A stretch of 64,000 nucleotides of DNA from Octopus sinensis (GCF_006345805.1 NC_043000.1:149172001-149236000); one strand, 5' to 3'. Counted from the first letter of the stretch, positions 24,520-37,134 are shown. The notes: a model not told the origin generated them from the letters alone. Numbers and translations are program-made.

Positions 24520-24930
24520 GGTGACGAGCTGGCAGAATTGTTAACAAGCCAGGCAAAATGCTTAGTGGTGTTTCATCTGTCTTTATGTTTTGAGTTCAAA
24601 TTCCATTGAGGTTGACTTTGCCTTTCGTCCTTTCGGGGGATCGATAAAATGAGTACCAGTTGAACACTGGGGTCGATGTAATCAGCTCATTCCCTCCCCC
24701 AAAATTGCTGCCCTTGTGGAAAAAATTTGAAACCCATACCGGGCGAAATGCTTAGCAGTATTTTCTCTGCCACTACATTCTGAGTTCAAATTCTGCCATG
24801 GTCAACTTTGCCTTTTATCCTTTTGGGGACGAAAAAATAAGTACCAGAGAAACACTGGGGTCGATGTAATTGACTAGTCCCCTCCCCCAAAATTTCAGGT
24901 TTTGTGCCTTTAGTAGAAGGGATTATTATT
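24520..24930 (+). mobile_element. Two diverged SINE-B-like copies
   Basis: Same head and central domain; different tail (CCCTCCCCCAAAATT). Confidence 0.75.
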
Positions 24931-25491
24931 GGGTTGTCCGGAAAGTTTGTGCCAATTTATAGTAGGTTACCTTTTGACTTATTTTAGAACATGGTTGAGT
25001 CCATAAAATAGGATTTGACTACTCCTCCATTTAGAGCACAGTTTAAGCTATCTTTTCATGAAAGAAGGTTTATGTTCCTATAACCTGTGTTAATTCTGTA
25101 ACCCTTTAAAATGGAAGTTAAGAAAGTTCATTTTCGGCACTTGATGTTTTGGGAACCAGACAAAAATTACTGCAGCTCAGCTGGGATGATTAAAAATGTA
25201 ATGGCAAGTATTTATTGACCTTTTTCTTTCCTTTAAAAATTGGCATGAACTTTCCGGACAACCCAATATTATCATCATCATCATTTTTGTTTCTTTGTCA
25301 AAGCTCTTTCATCAATCATCCTGTATCTTCTTTAGCAACTCTTTATCCCACATGTCTTCTTGTTCAAGAGGATACACAAAAAAACAAAAATAAAAGTAAT
25401 TAAGCTGAAATAAAGACATAGTGCATGTGCTTAATTGGCAAAATATGACCATCTCCAAGTATAACAATAAACTATATTTTATTGTGAATAA

Positions 25492-25907
25492 GGTGGCGAG
25501 CTGGCAGAAATGTTTGCACGCCAGGTGAAATGTGTAGCCGTATTTCGTCTGTTGTTACGTTCCGAGTTCAAATTCTGCCGAGGTCGACTTTGCCTTTCAT
25601 CCTTTCGGGGTCGATAAATTAAGTACCAGTTACGCACTGGAGTCAATGTAATCGACTTAATCCCTTTGTCTGTCCTTGTTTGTCCCCTCTGTGTTTAGCC
25701 CCTTGTGGGTAATAAAGAAATAGGTATTTCGTCTGTCGTTGCGTTCTGAGTTCAAATTCCGCCGAGGTCGACTTTGCCTTTCATCCTTTCGGGGTCGATA
25801 AATTAAGTACCAGTTACGCACTGGGGTCGATGTAATCGACTTAATACCTATGTCTGTCCTTGTTTGTCCCCTCTGTGTTTAGCCCATTGTGGGTAGTAAA
25901 GAAATAT
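25492..25907 (+). mobile_element. SINE family B dimer ending about 48 nt upstream of the catalytic exon
   Basis: TSD TATATTTTATTGTGAAT. Confidence 0.88.
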
Positions 25908-25927
25908 ATATTTTATTGTGAATCTAA

Positions 25928-26134
<207 letters not shown>

Positions 26135-26329
26135 TGAATTTATGTTGGTTGAACCCAAGAAGTTCTCAAAATGTTTCTTGGTTTTATTTATGTGTTTAAG
26201 GTTGACAGAAGACTAAAAGAATATTGTCAAATATAAAAAAAAGAGAAGAGAAATGCAGAATGCTACTATTGCTACTACTACTACTACAACTTGCTGGTCA
26301 TCAATGAATTACCTTCTTTATATAAGTCA

Positions 26330-26727
26330 CTAGCAGTATCGCCCGGCGTTGCTCGGGTTTGTAAGGGAAATAACTATATAAGCATTTTTAGAGAGTTATA
26401 GCCAAAAAATAGCAAAAAATGCATTAAAAATGGAAAAGAAATGATGGTAAATTTTTTTTTAAATCGTTGACTCATCGTAGACATTTTTAGAGAGTTACTT
26501 CCCTTATATGATAGCGAAAAAAATGCATTAAAATGGAAAAAAAAGATGGTAAATTTTTTTTTAAATCGTAGACTCATCATAGACGCACGCTAATACCCAG
26601 AAGGGCTCGATATGAATCACGACTATAAGATACCCGGTTTTGGTTAAACTGCACCGCAAAACGTGGGAGTAGTTAGGAATCTAAATCGTAGGAGACAGAC
26701 ACACAACTTCACTTTTATATATAAAGA
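26330..26727 (-). mobile_element. Non-autonomous Helitron
   Basis: Minus strand: 5' TCTTTATATATAAAA; 3' hairpin CCCGAGCAACGCCGGG followed by CTAG; no TSD. Confidence 0.8.
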
Positions 26728-26985
26728 CTAGCAGTATCGCCCGGCGTTGCTCGGGTTTGTAAGGGAAATAACTATATAAGCAATTTTAGAGAGTTATAGC
26801 AAAAAAATTACAAAAAAATGCATTAAAAATGGAATAAAAAATGATGGTAAATTTTTTTTTTAAATCGTAGACTCATTGTAGACGCGTATCCAGAAGGGCT
26901 CGATATGAATCACGACAAATGTTGGAGTAGTTAGGAATCTAAATCGTAGGAGACAGACACACAACCTTACTTTTATATATAAAGA
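26728..26985 (-). mobile_element. Internally deleted Helitron copy, head-to-tail with 26330-26727
   Basis: Same termini; exact CTAG|TC junction; the pair sits between A and T. Confidence 0.8.
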
Positions 26986-27050
26986 TATACTTAAAATGAA
27001 CATTTCAGAATACTTTTTCAGTGATGCATAAATAAAAAGTAATATACATG

Positions 27051-27446
27051 TAGGCGTAGGAGTGGCTTTGTGGTAAGTAGCTTGCTTACCAACCACATGA
27101 CTCCGGGTTCAGTCCCACTGCATGGCACCTTGGGCAAGTGTCTTCTACCATAGCCTCGGGTTGACCAAAACCATGTGAGTGGATTTGGTAGACGGAACCT
27201 AAAAGAAGCCTGTCGTATATATGTACATACATATATGTGTGTGTGTTTGTGTATCTGTGCTTGTCTCCCCAACATCGCTAAACTACTGATGCTGGTGTGT
27301 TTACGTCCCTGTAACTTAGCGGCTTGGCAAAAGAGACCGATAGAATAAGTACTAGGCTTACAAAGAATAAGTCCTGGGGTCGATTTGCTCGACTAAAGGC
27401 GGTGCTCCAGCATGGCCACAGTCAAATGACTGAAACAAGTAAATGA

Positions 27447-27480
<34 letters not shown>

Positions 27481-27955
27481 ATGCATGCATGCACACATGC
27501 ACACACACACATTCGAACTATCCATTAGAAACAGCTCAATAATCTAAACATTATTAAATATGAGTGGCTGTGTGGTAAGTATCTTGCTAACCAACCACAT
27601 GGTTCCGGGTTCAGTCCCACTGCGTGGCATCTTGGGCAAGTGTCTTCTGCTATAGCCCCGGGCCGACCAATGCCTTGTGAGTGGATTTGGTAGACGGAAA
27701 CTGAAAGAAGCCTGTCGTATATATGTATATATATATATGTATGTGTGTGTGTGTGTGTTTGTCCGCCTAGCATTGCTTGACAATCGATGCTGGTGTGTTT
27801 ACGTCCCCGTCACTTAGTGGTTCGGCAAAAGAGACTGATAGAATAAGTACTGGGCTTACAAAGAATAAGTCCCGGGGTCGATTTGCTCGATTAAAGGTGG
27901 TGCTCCAGCATGGCCGCAGTCAAATGACTGAAAGAGGTAAAAGAGTAAAAGAGAG
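27051..27955 (+). mobile_element. Two SINE-A copies (27051-27447, 27562-27955)
   Basis: Consensus matches. Confidence 0.88.
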
Positions 27956-28394
27956 AGTTAATGTATGTGGTTTTTGTTGAAATATCAGGAGCTGTGGTTT
28001 TTCTTCCAGGAAAGATTCCTCTAAAAGTGCATAAGTCTTAAGAACAAAGCATATTCAAAGTTAGGCAAAATGAAGTCATCCTGGAAATATTCCTACGTAA
28101 GAACAGGGAATTTGCAACCAGAAAAACTGATAATCAACATTATATCATAAGTAGTTGGATATCTAAATATTCAAGATAATGACTTACTGTTAATATGATT
28201 ATAATCCCTTTGCTTCGGAATGGATAATCTCGAAGAGGATAAAGCTATAAATAACATGTAAATATTGGGTAAAAAAAACTGTTTGAATAGGAGAAATTGA
28301 AGGCTGCCCATTCCAGAAAGAGTTAGTTCACATTTTTTAAGTTTCTATATTCTTCTGATATCAATGATATGATTATAATTTTTTTTATAATTAT

Positions 28395-28790
28395 CTTGCA
28401 GTATCGCCCGGCATTGTTCGGGTTTGTAAGGGAAATAACTATATAAGCATTTTTAGAGAGTTATAGCCAAAAAATAGCAAAAAAATGCATTAAAAATGGG
28501 AAAAAAATGGTAATTTTTTTTTTAAATCATTGATTCATCGTAAACATTTTTAGAGAGTTACTTCCCTTATGTAATAGCGAAAAAAATGCATTAAAATAGA
28601 AAAAAATGATGGTAAATTTTTTTTTAAATCGTAGACTCATCGTAGACGCACGCTAATACCCAGAAGGGCTCGATATGAATCATGGCTATAAGATACCCGG
28701 TTTTGGTTAAACTGCACCGCAAAATGTGGGAGTAGTTAGGAATCTAAATCGTAGGAGACAGACACACAACTTCTCTTTTATATATAAAGA
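28395..28790 (-). mobile_element. Non-autonomous Helitron (same family as 26330)
   Basis: Colinear and highly similar to 26330-26727; terminal CTAG mutated. Confidence 0.78.
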
Positions 28791-28943
28791 TATTTCGTTT
28801 TTGGATTTGGTATGCAAGATTCTTTATATGAGTTCGTGTGTTGAAGCATATTCTGTTGTGTCTGGGGAGAGTCATTTTCTTTTTGTGCCTTATAATGTAA
28901 CACTCACCGGTAAAATTTCCACTTATTTCTTGTTTTTATTTTC

Positions 28944-28980
28944 CTAAAATTTTCGTTGTGTCTTGCAACCTTTTCAATAG
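28944..28980 (-). ncRNA. Degenerate minimal hammerhead-like motif (U3-A8)
   Basis: CTA-TTGAAAA-G-GTTG(CAAGACA)CAAC-GAA-AATT-T-TAG; UUU triplet is suboptimal. Confidence 0.4.
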
Positions 28981-29512
28981 TGAAGACTATTGAAAAGGTT
29001 GCAAGACGCAATGAAAAGGGTTCCAGTTGATCCAATCAACGGAACAGTCTACTCATGAAATTAACATGCAATGTAGGTGCAGGAGTGGCTATGTGTTAAG
29101 TAGCTTGCTTACCAACCACATGGTTCCAGGTTCAGTTCCATTGCGTGGCACCTTGGGTAAGTGTCTCCTGCTATAACTTGGGCCAACCAAAGCCTTGTGA
29201 GTGGATTTGGTAGACGGAAACTGAAAGAAGCCTATTGTGTGTATATATATATATATATATCTGAGTGATCTCAAGATTAATCAGCCAAAATTGCGAGGAT
29301 GATCCGGTTTTTGACTGAAGATTAGAGGCTTCGAATGACCCGTCCGTGTTTTTGTATCGTCTATTTGAATGTTTTGCATTCTTGTCCCATTTTGTATTTT
29401 TATATATATTTTTTATACATATGTATGTATATACATATATATATATATATATATGAATATATATATATATATGAATATATATATATGAATATATATATAT
29501 ATATATAGATAT

Positions 29513-29562
<50 letters not shown>

Positions 29563-29667
29563 TATATATATATGTTGAAGGTTGAAAAGTATACACGAGT
29601 TGATATGTATGAGGAAAATAGGACAAGGTAGAAAATGCTAAAATAATTTTATCATGTAGTACATTTT

Positions 29668-29701
29668 AGTACCGGTTTCAGTCTTTGCGACTTTTTCAAC
29701 T
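29668..29701 (-). ncRNA. Minimal hammerhead motif with U3-A8 covariant core
   Basis: AG-TTGAAAA-AGTC(GCAAA)GACT-GAA-ACCGGT-A-CT: palindromic stem III, GUA triplet, 2-bp stem I. Confidence 0.6.
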
Positions 29702-29795
29702 TTGAGTAAAACACGGAAAAAAAATTTGATTGTGGAAAAATTAAATGAAATATTTAATTTTTCCACGATTAAATTGTTTCTTGTGCTTTACTCAA

Positions 29796-29829
29796 AGTTG
29801 AAAAAGTCACAAAGGCTGAAACTGGTACT
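29796..29829 (+). ncRNA. Second copy of the minimal U3-A8 hammerhead motif
   Basis: AG-TTGAAAA-AGTC(ACAAA)GGCT-GAA-ACTGGT-A-CT; stem changes are G.U-compatible. Confidence 0.55.
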
Positions 29830-29890
29830 AAAATGTTCTTCATGACAAAATTATTTTAGCATTTTCTACCTTGTCCTATTGTCATTTTAT

Positions 29891-29967
<77 letters not shown>

Positions 29968-30092
29968 GCGGTGCTCCAGCATGGCCGCAGTCAAATGACT
30001 GAAACAAGTAAAAGAGTATATATAAATATATATATATATATACACACACACACGCACACATACACAAAAGTTGAAAGTTATTTCTCATTTAG

Positions 30093-30203
<111 letters not shown>

Positions 30204-30269
30204 TAATTATAATTCCTATTTTTTATTTTCAATTATTAAATCTGTTTTTCAAGTTTTGGCACCCGGCAG

Positions 30270-30678
30270 TTGCCAGGACCCCTGGACTAGTGGTACGTAA
30301 AAAGTGCTATCCGAATTGTGGCCGATGCCAGCGTCGCCTCGACTGGCTTCCGTTCCGGTGGCACGTAAAAAGCACCATCCGAATCGTGGCCGATGCCAGT
30401 GCCGCCTCGACTGGCTTCCGTGCCGGTGGCACGTAAAATGCACCAATGTGACCGTGGCCGTTGCCAGCCTCTCCTGGCACCTGTGTAGGTAGCACGTAAA
30501 AAGCACCCACTACACTCATGGAGTGGTTGGCGTTAGGAAGGGCATCCAGCTGTAGAAACACTGCCAGATCAGACTGGAGCCTGGTGCAGCCTTCTGGCTT
30601 CCCAGATCCCCGGTTGAACCGTCCAACCCATGCTAGCATGGAGAACGGACGTTAAATGATGATGATGATGATGATGAT
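30270..30678 (+). mobile_element. RTE 3'UTR tail-only copy, about 70 nt after the APE-motif exon
   Basis: Tandem GGTGGCACGTAAAA units and the terminal stem-loop. Confidence 0.87.
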
Positions 30679-30715
30679 TTATTAAAAAAAATTTTCTTTT
30701 TAATGTATTTTGGGG

Positions 30716-31547
30716 ACCTTTTGACCTACAGATTTTAAAAATAATTTTTTGTAACTAAACACTTTCAAACTTCGGACACTGGTAGAATGTGTCATATAAA
30801 ACATGTTTCACTCTTAGCATTTTTGAGAAAAACTTATATTTACCAAGTAATTTCACGTCAAAGTTGTCGTATATCGGTAATTTCAACCAATCAATGATGT
30901 GTATTCAGCTGAATAAAATTACTGCCGTTGTTTGTCAACAACAACTCTCAGCGGTGTATTTTACGTTTGTCACTGTTATTTATGACATCGTTCGTATGTT
31001 TGCACTGGTTTTAGCTTTAAGGTTTTAGGGTTAGGGTTTTAAGGTTAGGGTGTTCGGGCTAGGGCTTTAGGGTTAGGGTTTTAAAGTTAGGGTTAGGGTT
31101 TTTAAGGTAAGGTTTAGGGTTTTAGGGTTAGGGTTTTAAGGTTAAGGTGTTAGGGCTAGGGCTTTAGGGTTAGGGTTTGGGTTTTAGAGTTATGGTTTTA
31201 AAGTTAGGGTTAGGGTTTTTACGGTAAGGTTTAGGGTTTTAGGGTTAGGGTTAAGGTTTTAGAGTTAGGGTTGTCATAAATAACAGTTACAAACGAAAAC
31301 TACACCACCGGAAGTTCTTATTGACAAACAACAGCAGTAATTTTATTCAGCTGAATACACGTCATTGATTGGTTGAAATTTCCGAAATAGGCTTACTTTG
31401 ACGTGAAATTACTTCGTAGATATAAGTTTTTCTCAAAAATGCTAAGAATAAAACTTGTTTTATATGACGACCCATTCTACCAGTGTCTGAAATTTGAAAG
31501 TGTTTAGTTACAAAAAATTATTTTTAAATCTGTACGTCAAAAAAGGT
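30716..31547. mobile_element. Long-TIR (about 270 bp) fold-back element enclosing telomere-like repeats
   Basis: 30716-30987 is the reverse complement of 31272-31547 with scattered mismatches. Confidence 0.8.
31008..31271 (+). repeat. Degenerate (TTAGGG)n array with a higher-order duplication
   Basis: Many TTAGGG/TTTAGGG/CTAGGG units; a ~60-nt block occurs twice. Confidence 0.85.
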
Positions 31548-32119
31548 AAAGATCTCCTTTTGGCATTAATACTGCTTCTGTCACTAATAGTTAATTTTTA
31601 ATAAGCCTGCTGGCTATTTGCATCACCAGTGTTTGAAAAGATGCTGATATTTTATATATTGTAGCAATGAGATTTCACTGGCAAGCGGTGACTGGATGCT
31701 TTCCACTTATGATTTCCAGTAGAATGAAATTATGTGATGTGGGAATTCCAGCCCTTATATCAGATGATTCTTGTCTGCTATAATCTGTGTGTGCTCTTAT
31801 GCACCAAGTGCTTATATGAGTGGATCTCTCGAGGCTAATAATGCAGTATTTAGTGTTCCAATAAGACATCCATGTTAAGTCCGATATAAAGCTTATCTAT
31901 TAGTATTATTTTGATAGAAACTTTCGTTAATATTAACCTTTTGGTCATCATATTTCTTTAGAAATACACTGCCTTTGTTTCAGTTAATTTTGAAAATAAT
32001 GAAGAATATATATATATATATATATATAGTTGTCAAACATTTAAACCAAATTTTCTCAAAACAATTTGTCCAACCGTCCCATAGGCCTCCCCTTTGAGAA
32101 ACACTGATTTAACCTAAAT

Positions 32120-32370
32120 TTGAGACATCAGCAAATGACAGATTTCGACTGATGTACTTCATCATCGTGCATACAAATGCACGTTCCCATGGCTTTATCG
32201 ATCGCATTCTCACCTGGAATTGATTTTTGTAATTTTTTTAAGACTTATACACGCCCTGATACTGTCAGTATCTACATATCAAATTTGATTAGTTTGATCG
32301 GATGGAGGATGCCCAAGATCCTAGAAGACGCACACAGAGACAGACAGAACGGATTTTATATAATAGATAT
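32120..32370 (-). mobile_element. Partial Helitron-like element (5' end)
   Basis: Minus strand begins ATCTATTATATAAAATCCGTTCTGTCTGTC, the same terminal style as the other Helitrons. Confidence 0.45.
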
Positions 32371-32384
32371 AGTCAAATTTACAG

Positions 32385-33860
32385 AAAACAAAAGGGTATA
32401 TCTGAGAGGGCTACCATGAAAAGCAGTGGTCCCTAAGCAGTGCCCTGTGGAACACCGCTCACTATTTGTGTTTTCATTGAGGTGGCTCCATGGCCACTAC
32501 TGTCTGACTCTGTCTTTCAGAAAGTCATGTAACCACTCTCCAAGTTTTCCAGCTATGCCGAGATCACACAGTTTGTGGCATATGTCACGATCCACTTTAT
32601 CAAAAGCTTTTGCAAAGTCAAGGTATATTACGTCCTCATTTGAATTGTTGAATAACTGCCTCAACACCCAATCATAATGTTGTAAGTGCTGGGTCAGGCA
32701 GCTCCTACCTGGTTGAAAATCATGCTGGGTGTCACTCAGCAAGTCATTTTCCTCAAGGAATGTGATTTGTTTCCCTCTTACTATCTGTTCCATGACTTTG
32801 CTGTTGTGTAAAGTCAGAGAGACAGGCCTATAGATTTAGGCATCTGCTCTGCTTCCTCCTTTATGGATTGGGCATATTATTCCCTCCTTCAGTTTGCTTG
32901 GCACTCTGCCATTTGCAGGAAAGCTCTGGAAGAGAATCTGCAGTGGTTTCGCCAGGGCACGCTTACATGACTTGAGGAGGCTTGCTAGGTAACCATCAGG
33001 ACCAGCAGTTGAGTTTGCATCTATCTCATCTATGGCTAGTTGTATATCTTTGCTGATGTCAATGTAATCCATCATAACTGCCTTGCTGGTTATAACTTAG
33101 ATAACTTAGATATGTTTCGACCAAAGATTAGTCCAGGCCATGGCTAACTTAATAGCACCACCTGATAGGATTATTTGAATCCTGTTTAAGTCAAGTTTTG
33201 TTCAAGTAGTGAGTTCTTGTTGGGTGAGTTGTATCCAATTATGGGTGGCTTATCTGGTATTCTTTGAAGGAATCTATCCAGACTCTGTTTAAAGTTGATG
33301 GGATCCTTTTCCTCTTTGATCTCTTTTCCTCTTTGAGGGAGCAAAGAAATCCCCTCGTTCATTCACTTGTTTGTGTTCCAACAGGGTGGAAAAGATACTT
33401 TTGAACTGGTCATTCAATACCACACTGATCCTGGTTGGACTATCTGTGAGGGAGCCATCCTTTTGGAAGAGGGGTCCTATTTTGCAGTGTACTGAGACTA
33501 TTTCTTTGGCATAATGAAAGAAGACCTTCGGGTTTGACTTAATGTTTTTTATAACCCAGGCTTCTTTGTCTGCTCTCTCTCCCTCACATAGGATTGTTGC
33601 AGGCTTTTTTCAATCTGCATCAGTGTTGTTTTTAGGCAGGACCTTTCACTGCTTGTGGAAGCGATTTGCAACCTCCGTCTGTTGTCTCATGAGGATCTTC
33701 CTCTCCCTTGGACATATACAGCAACTCCATCATGGCTCTGTTCCCTTCTGTCTGTTCGCAGTATGGTATATTTTGGTATGTGTACTTCTGCATCCTCTGT
33801 ATCGTCAATTTAAGGAATCCCTCTTGGTTGTTTCAGGAGCATGAAAAGCACGTCTTTCCA
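32385..33860 (-). mobile_element. CR1-like LINE ORF2 internal fragment (linker + RT N-half)
   Basis: IKSNPKVFFHYAK, TAGPDG, ICPIHKGG, QHDFQPGRSCLT, DVIYLDFAKAFDKV. Confidence 0.85.
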
Positions 33861-35065
33861 CAATGAAACCCGAAGTTTATAACTAGAATTTGTTCCCTTT
33901 TGAACTAACACCTTATTAAAAATATTTAAGGTCAAACTCTGTGTATTAAGAAATTCTTTTAATTACTCATTATATTGTCATTCATCACTATTTTTTATTT
34001 TCATTTGATTATTTTTTATGTATAATATTTTTTCCAAGCAAAATGGTTTCTGTACAGGATTTCATTCATTTATGTTTTTACAATTTTCATCTTAAAAAAT
34101 TGAATTGAAGGTGGTCTGTTTGGAAAAGTGGTACAAACACAAGCTGGAGGTTGTCAGTATTGGTTTGACAGTGACCTCGAAGTTTTGGTTTACTTGCCTT
34201 CATCAGACTGTCTGATGATGAAGATGAGCAACTTTTTCCTTGTTATACTTAGTAAATATATACTTTACTGAAAAGTATCGAGTAATACTTCACTATTTTG
34301 ATGTTAATATGTTTTTCCATATAACTAGATATAAAAATATTAATAGTTATCGCCATACTAATAATATTAATATCCAGTAACGCTGCCGTAATCTCCTTTA
34401 GAGAGACTTAGTAATTTTAATATTTCTATTATAGATATAAAAACATACATACATACATACGTTGGTATGTATGTATGTATACATGCACACACACAGATTT
34501 ACCACTACAGTTAACAAACTTGGGCAAGATATACTTGCTAAAACCTATTAATATTTCGAATCTGTCATAGGCTAAATATATTGAACAATGTGTGTGTGTG
34601 TGTATATATATATACACACACACACACACGCACAAACACCCTATCTGATAGTTACTTCCCTTAGACCACTAAAATTCTTGCTAACGATTCTGTCAGCTTG
34701 CCGCCTTAATAATAATAATAATAATAATAATGATGATGGTGATAGTGGTGGTGCTTCTTCAACTCCTCCCCCTCCCCCTCCCCTCTTCTTCTTCTTCTCC
34801 TCCTCCCTCTCCTCTTCTTTTCCTCCCCTCCCCCCCCTCCTTTGGCACAAGGCCTGAGATTTTGGTGGCGGGTGGGGAACTAGTCAATTACATCGACCCC
34901 AGTACTTAACTGGTACTTATTTTATCAACCCCAAAAAGATAAAAGGCAAAGGAGGAATTTAAACTCCGAATGTCAAGACAGATGAGATGCTGCTAAGCTA
35001 AGCATTTTGTCCGGCATGGAATATGATTCTAGCAAAATCATTAAAATAATATCAATATAATAGGC

Positions 35066-35467
35066 TTAGGAGTGGCTGTGTGGTAAGTAGCTTGCTAACC
35101 AACCACATGGTTCCGGGTTCAGTCCCACTGCGTGGCATCTTGGGCAAGTGTCTTCTGCTATAGCCCCTGGCTGACCAATGCCTTGTGAGTGGATTTAGTA
35201 GACGGAAACTGAGAGAAACCTGTTGTATATATGTATATATATATATATGTATGTGTGTGTTTGTGTGTATGTGTTTGTCCCCCTAGCATTGCTTGACAAC
35301 CGATGCTGGTGAGTTTATGTACCCGTCACTTAGCGGTTCGGCAAAAAGAGACCAATAGAATAAGTACTGGGCTTACAAAAGAATAAGTCCCGGGGTCGAG
35401 TTGCTCGATTAAAGGCAGTGCTCCAGCATGGCCGCAGTCAAGTGACTGAAACAAGTAAAAGAGTAAA
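35066..35467 (+). mobile_element. SINE family A
   Basis: Full consensus match. Confidence 0.88.
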
Positions 35468-35808
35468 ATAGTAATAATGATTCTGTCAGAATCAGTAAAA
35501 TAATATGTAAAGAAGAGAAAATGACCATCTGTAGTGGATTGAAAAGAGAACTGAAAATTATATGGAACTTAAAGGAAGTATGTGTAACTCTAATTGGAGT
35601 TGGTGTATTTGGAATAGTAACTACCAGTTTCAGATCTTGGTTAGATCAGTTACAGTTTAAAAGTAACTTGGAACTGCTGCAGAAACCTATGCTATCTGGA
35701 AGAGTAGGGATCACAAAACAAGTCTTTGAGACCTGAGTGTGTTGGATGTAGCTTGCTATCAAGGAGAAATTATTCTTGTTCAACATTCACACACTGAGAT
35801 AAATAGAG

Positions 35809-36196
35809 AATACCAAACGAGTTCCCTATGGATACCGTATTTATTACGAGTGGCGAAAGCGAGTTAGATACGTTTACAAGCCACTCGTTGTAATAAATAC
35901 GGTATCCATAGGGAATGAGTTTGGTATTTTATTTATTACACACGAATAAACGACCATGTTTTATTAACCCCAAAACTAAATTCTTCACGTTTAGTTGTAA
36001 CTTATGAATGACAAAAGTAGTGCCGTAACCGTGACCTTGGGTCATCACCATGGATTGACCAATCAGAAGCAGCGCTGTCACCGTGACCTCGGGTCATCAC
36101 CATGGATTGACCAATCAGAAGCAGCGCTCGCAGTATCTGACATATGTTAGATACCAAAAATATCTCAAAGTGTTCTCACTCACATGTGTGTAATAA
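35809..36196. mobile_element. 120-nt hairpin plus an adjacent short-TIR element containing a 52-bp tandem repeat
   Basis: Hairpin 35809-35928; TTATTACACAC(35933)...GTGTGTAATAA(36196); 52-bp units at 36025 and 36077. Confidence 0.55.
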
Positions 36197-36211
36197 CTCA
36201 GTATTAGTATT

Positions 36212-36628
36212 AGGAGAGCTGGCAGAAACGTTAGCACGTCGGGCGAAATGCTTAGCGGTATTTCGTCTGCCGTTACGTTGTGAGTTCAAATTCCGCCGAG
36301 GTTGACTTTACCTTTCATCCTTTCGGGGTCGATAAATTAAGTACCAGTTACGCACTGGGGGGTCGATGTAATCGACTTAATACCTATGTCTGTCCTTGTT
36401 TGTCCCCTCTGTGTTTAGCCCCTTGTGGGTAATAAAGAAATAGGTATTTCGTCTGCTGTTACATTGTGAGTTCAAATTCCGCCAAGGTCGACTTTACCTT
36501 TCATCCTTTCGGGGTCGATAAATTAAGTACCAGTTACACACTGGGGTCGATGTAATCGACTTAATACCTATGTCTGTCCTTGTTTGTCCCCTCAATGTTT
36601 AGCCCCTTGTGGGTAATAAAGAAATAAG
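36212..36628 (+). mobile_element. SINE family B dimer
   Basis: Same AAAGAAATAGGTATTTCGTCTG junction as the other dimers. Confidence 0.88.
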
Positions 36629-37134
36629 TATTAGTAGTAGTAGTAGTAGTAGTAATAGTTTCTAATGTAATACAAGGTCTGAAATTTGAAGGTGGTGCTA
36701 GTTGATTACGTTAACCCCAGTACTTGATTAGTGCTTTATTTTATGAACCTTAGGATTGAACCTGAAAGTACTTGGTTGGAAAGCAATCTTCTTAACCACA
36801 CAGCCATGTCTGTGCCTACAACTGCCCCCACACATCCATCCACCCACCCACTCCTACCCACTTACCCATACATATAAAATTTGCATGTATGTTAAAAAAA
36901 AAAGTCACCAGACCTTCTTCATTTGCGGTTCTTTGTTTATATTGGTGCCTATTTCGTCTGTCGCTACATTCTGAGTTCAAATTTTGCTGAGGTCGACTTT
37001 GCCTTTCATCCTTTCAGGGTCGATAAATTAAGTACCAGTTACACACTGGGGTCGATGTAATCAATTAATCCCTCTGTCTGTCCTTGTTTGTCCCCTCTAT
37101 GTTTAGCCTCTTGTGGGCAATGAAGAAATAAAAC

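Larger units (their letters stand above)
29617..29880. repeat. 264-nt fold-back (about 130-bp arms) 212 nt upstream of the APE-motif exon
   Basis: AATAGGACAAGGTAGAAAATGCT...AGCATTTTCTACCTTGTCCTATT; each arm carries a hammerhead motif. Confidence 0.9.

Noticed and set aside
29310-29350. GACTGAAGA...CGAATGACCCGTC, a hammerhead-like start (related copy at about 50543-50575)
   Set aside because: No credible stem II, GAAT instead of GAAA, and no matching stem I. Treated as an unclassified dispersed repeat.
31008-31271. True telomere or chromosome-fusion scar
   Set aside because: The array is short, degenerate, single-orientation, and enclosed by TIRs within a gene intron.
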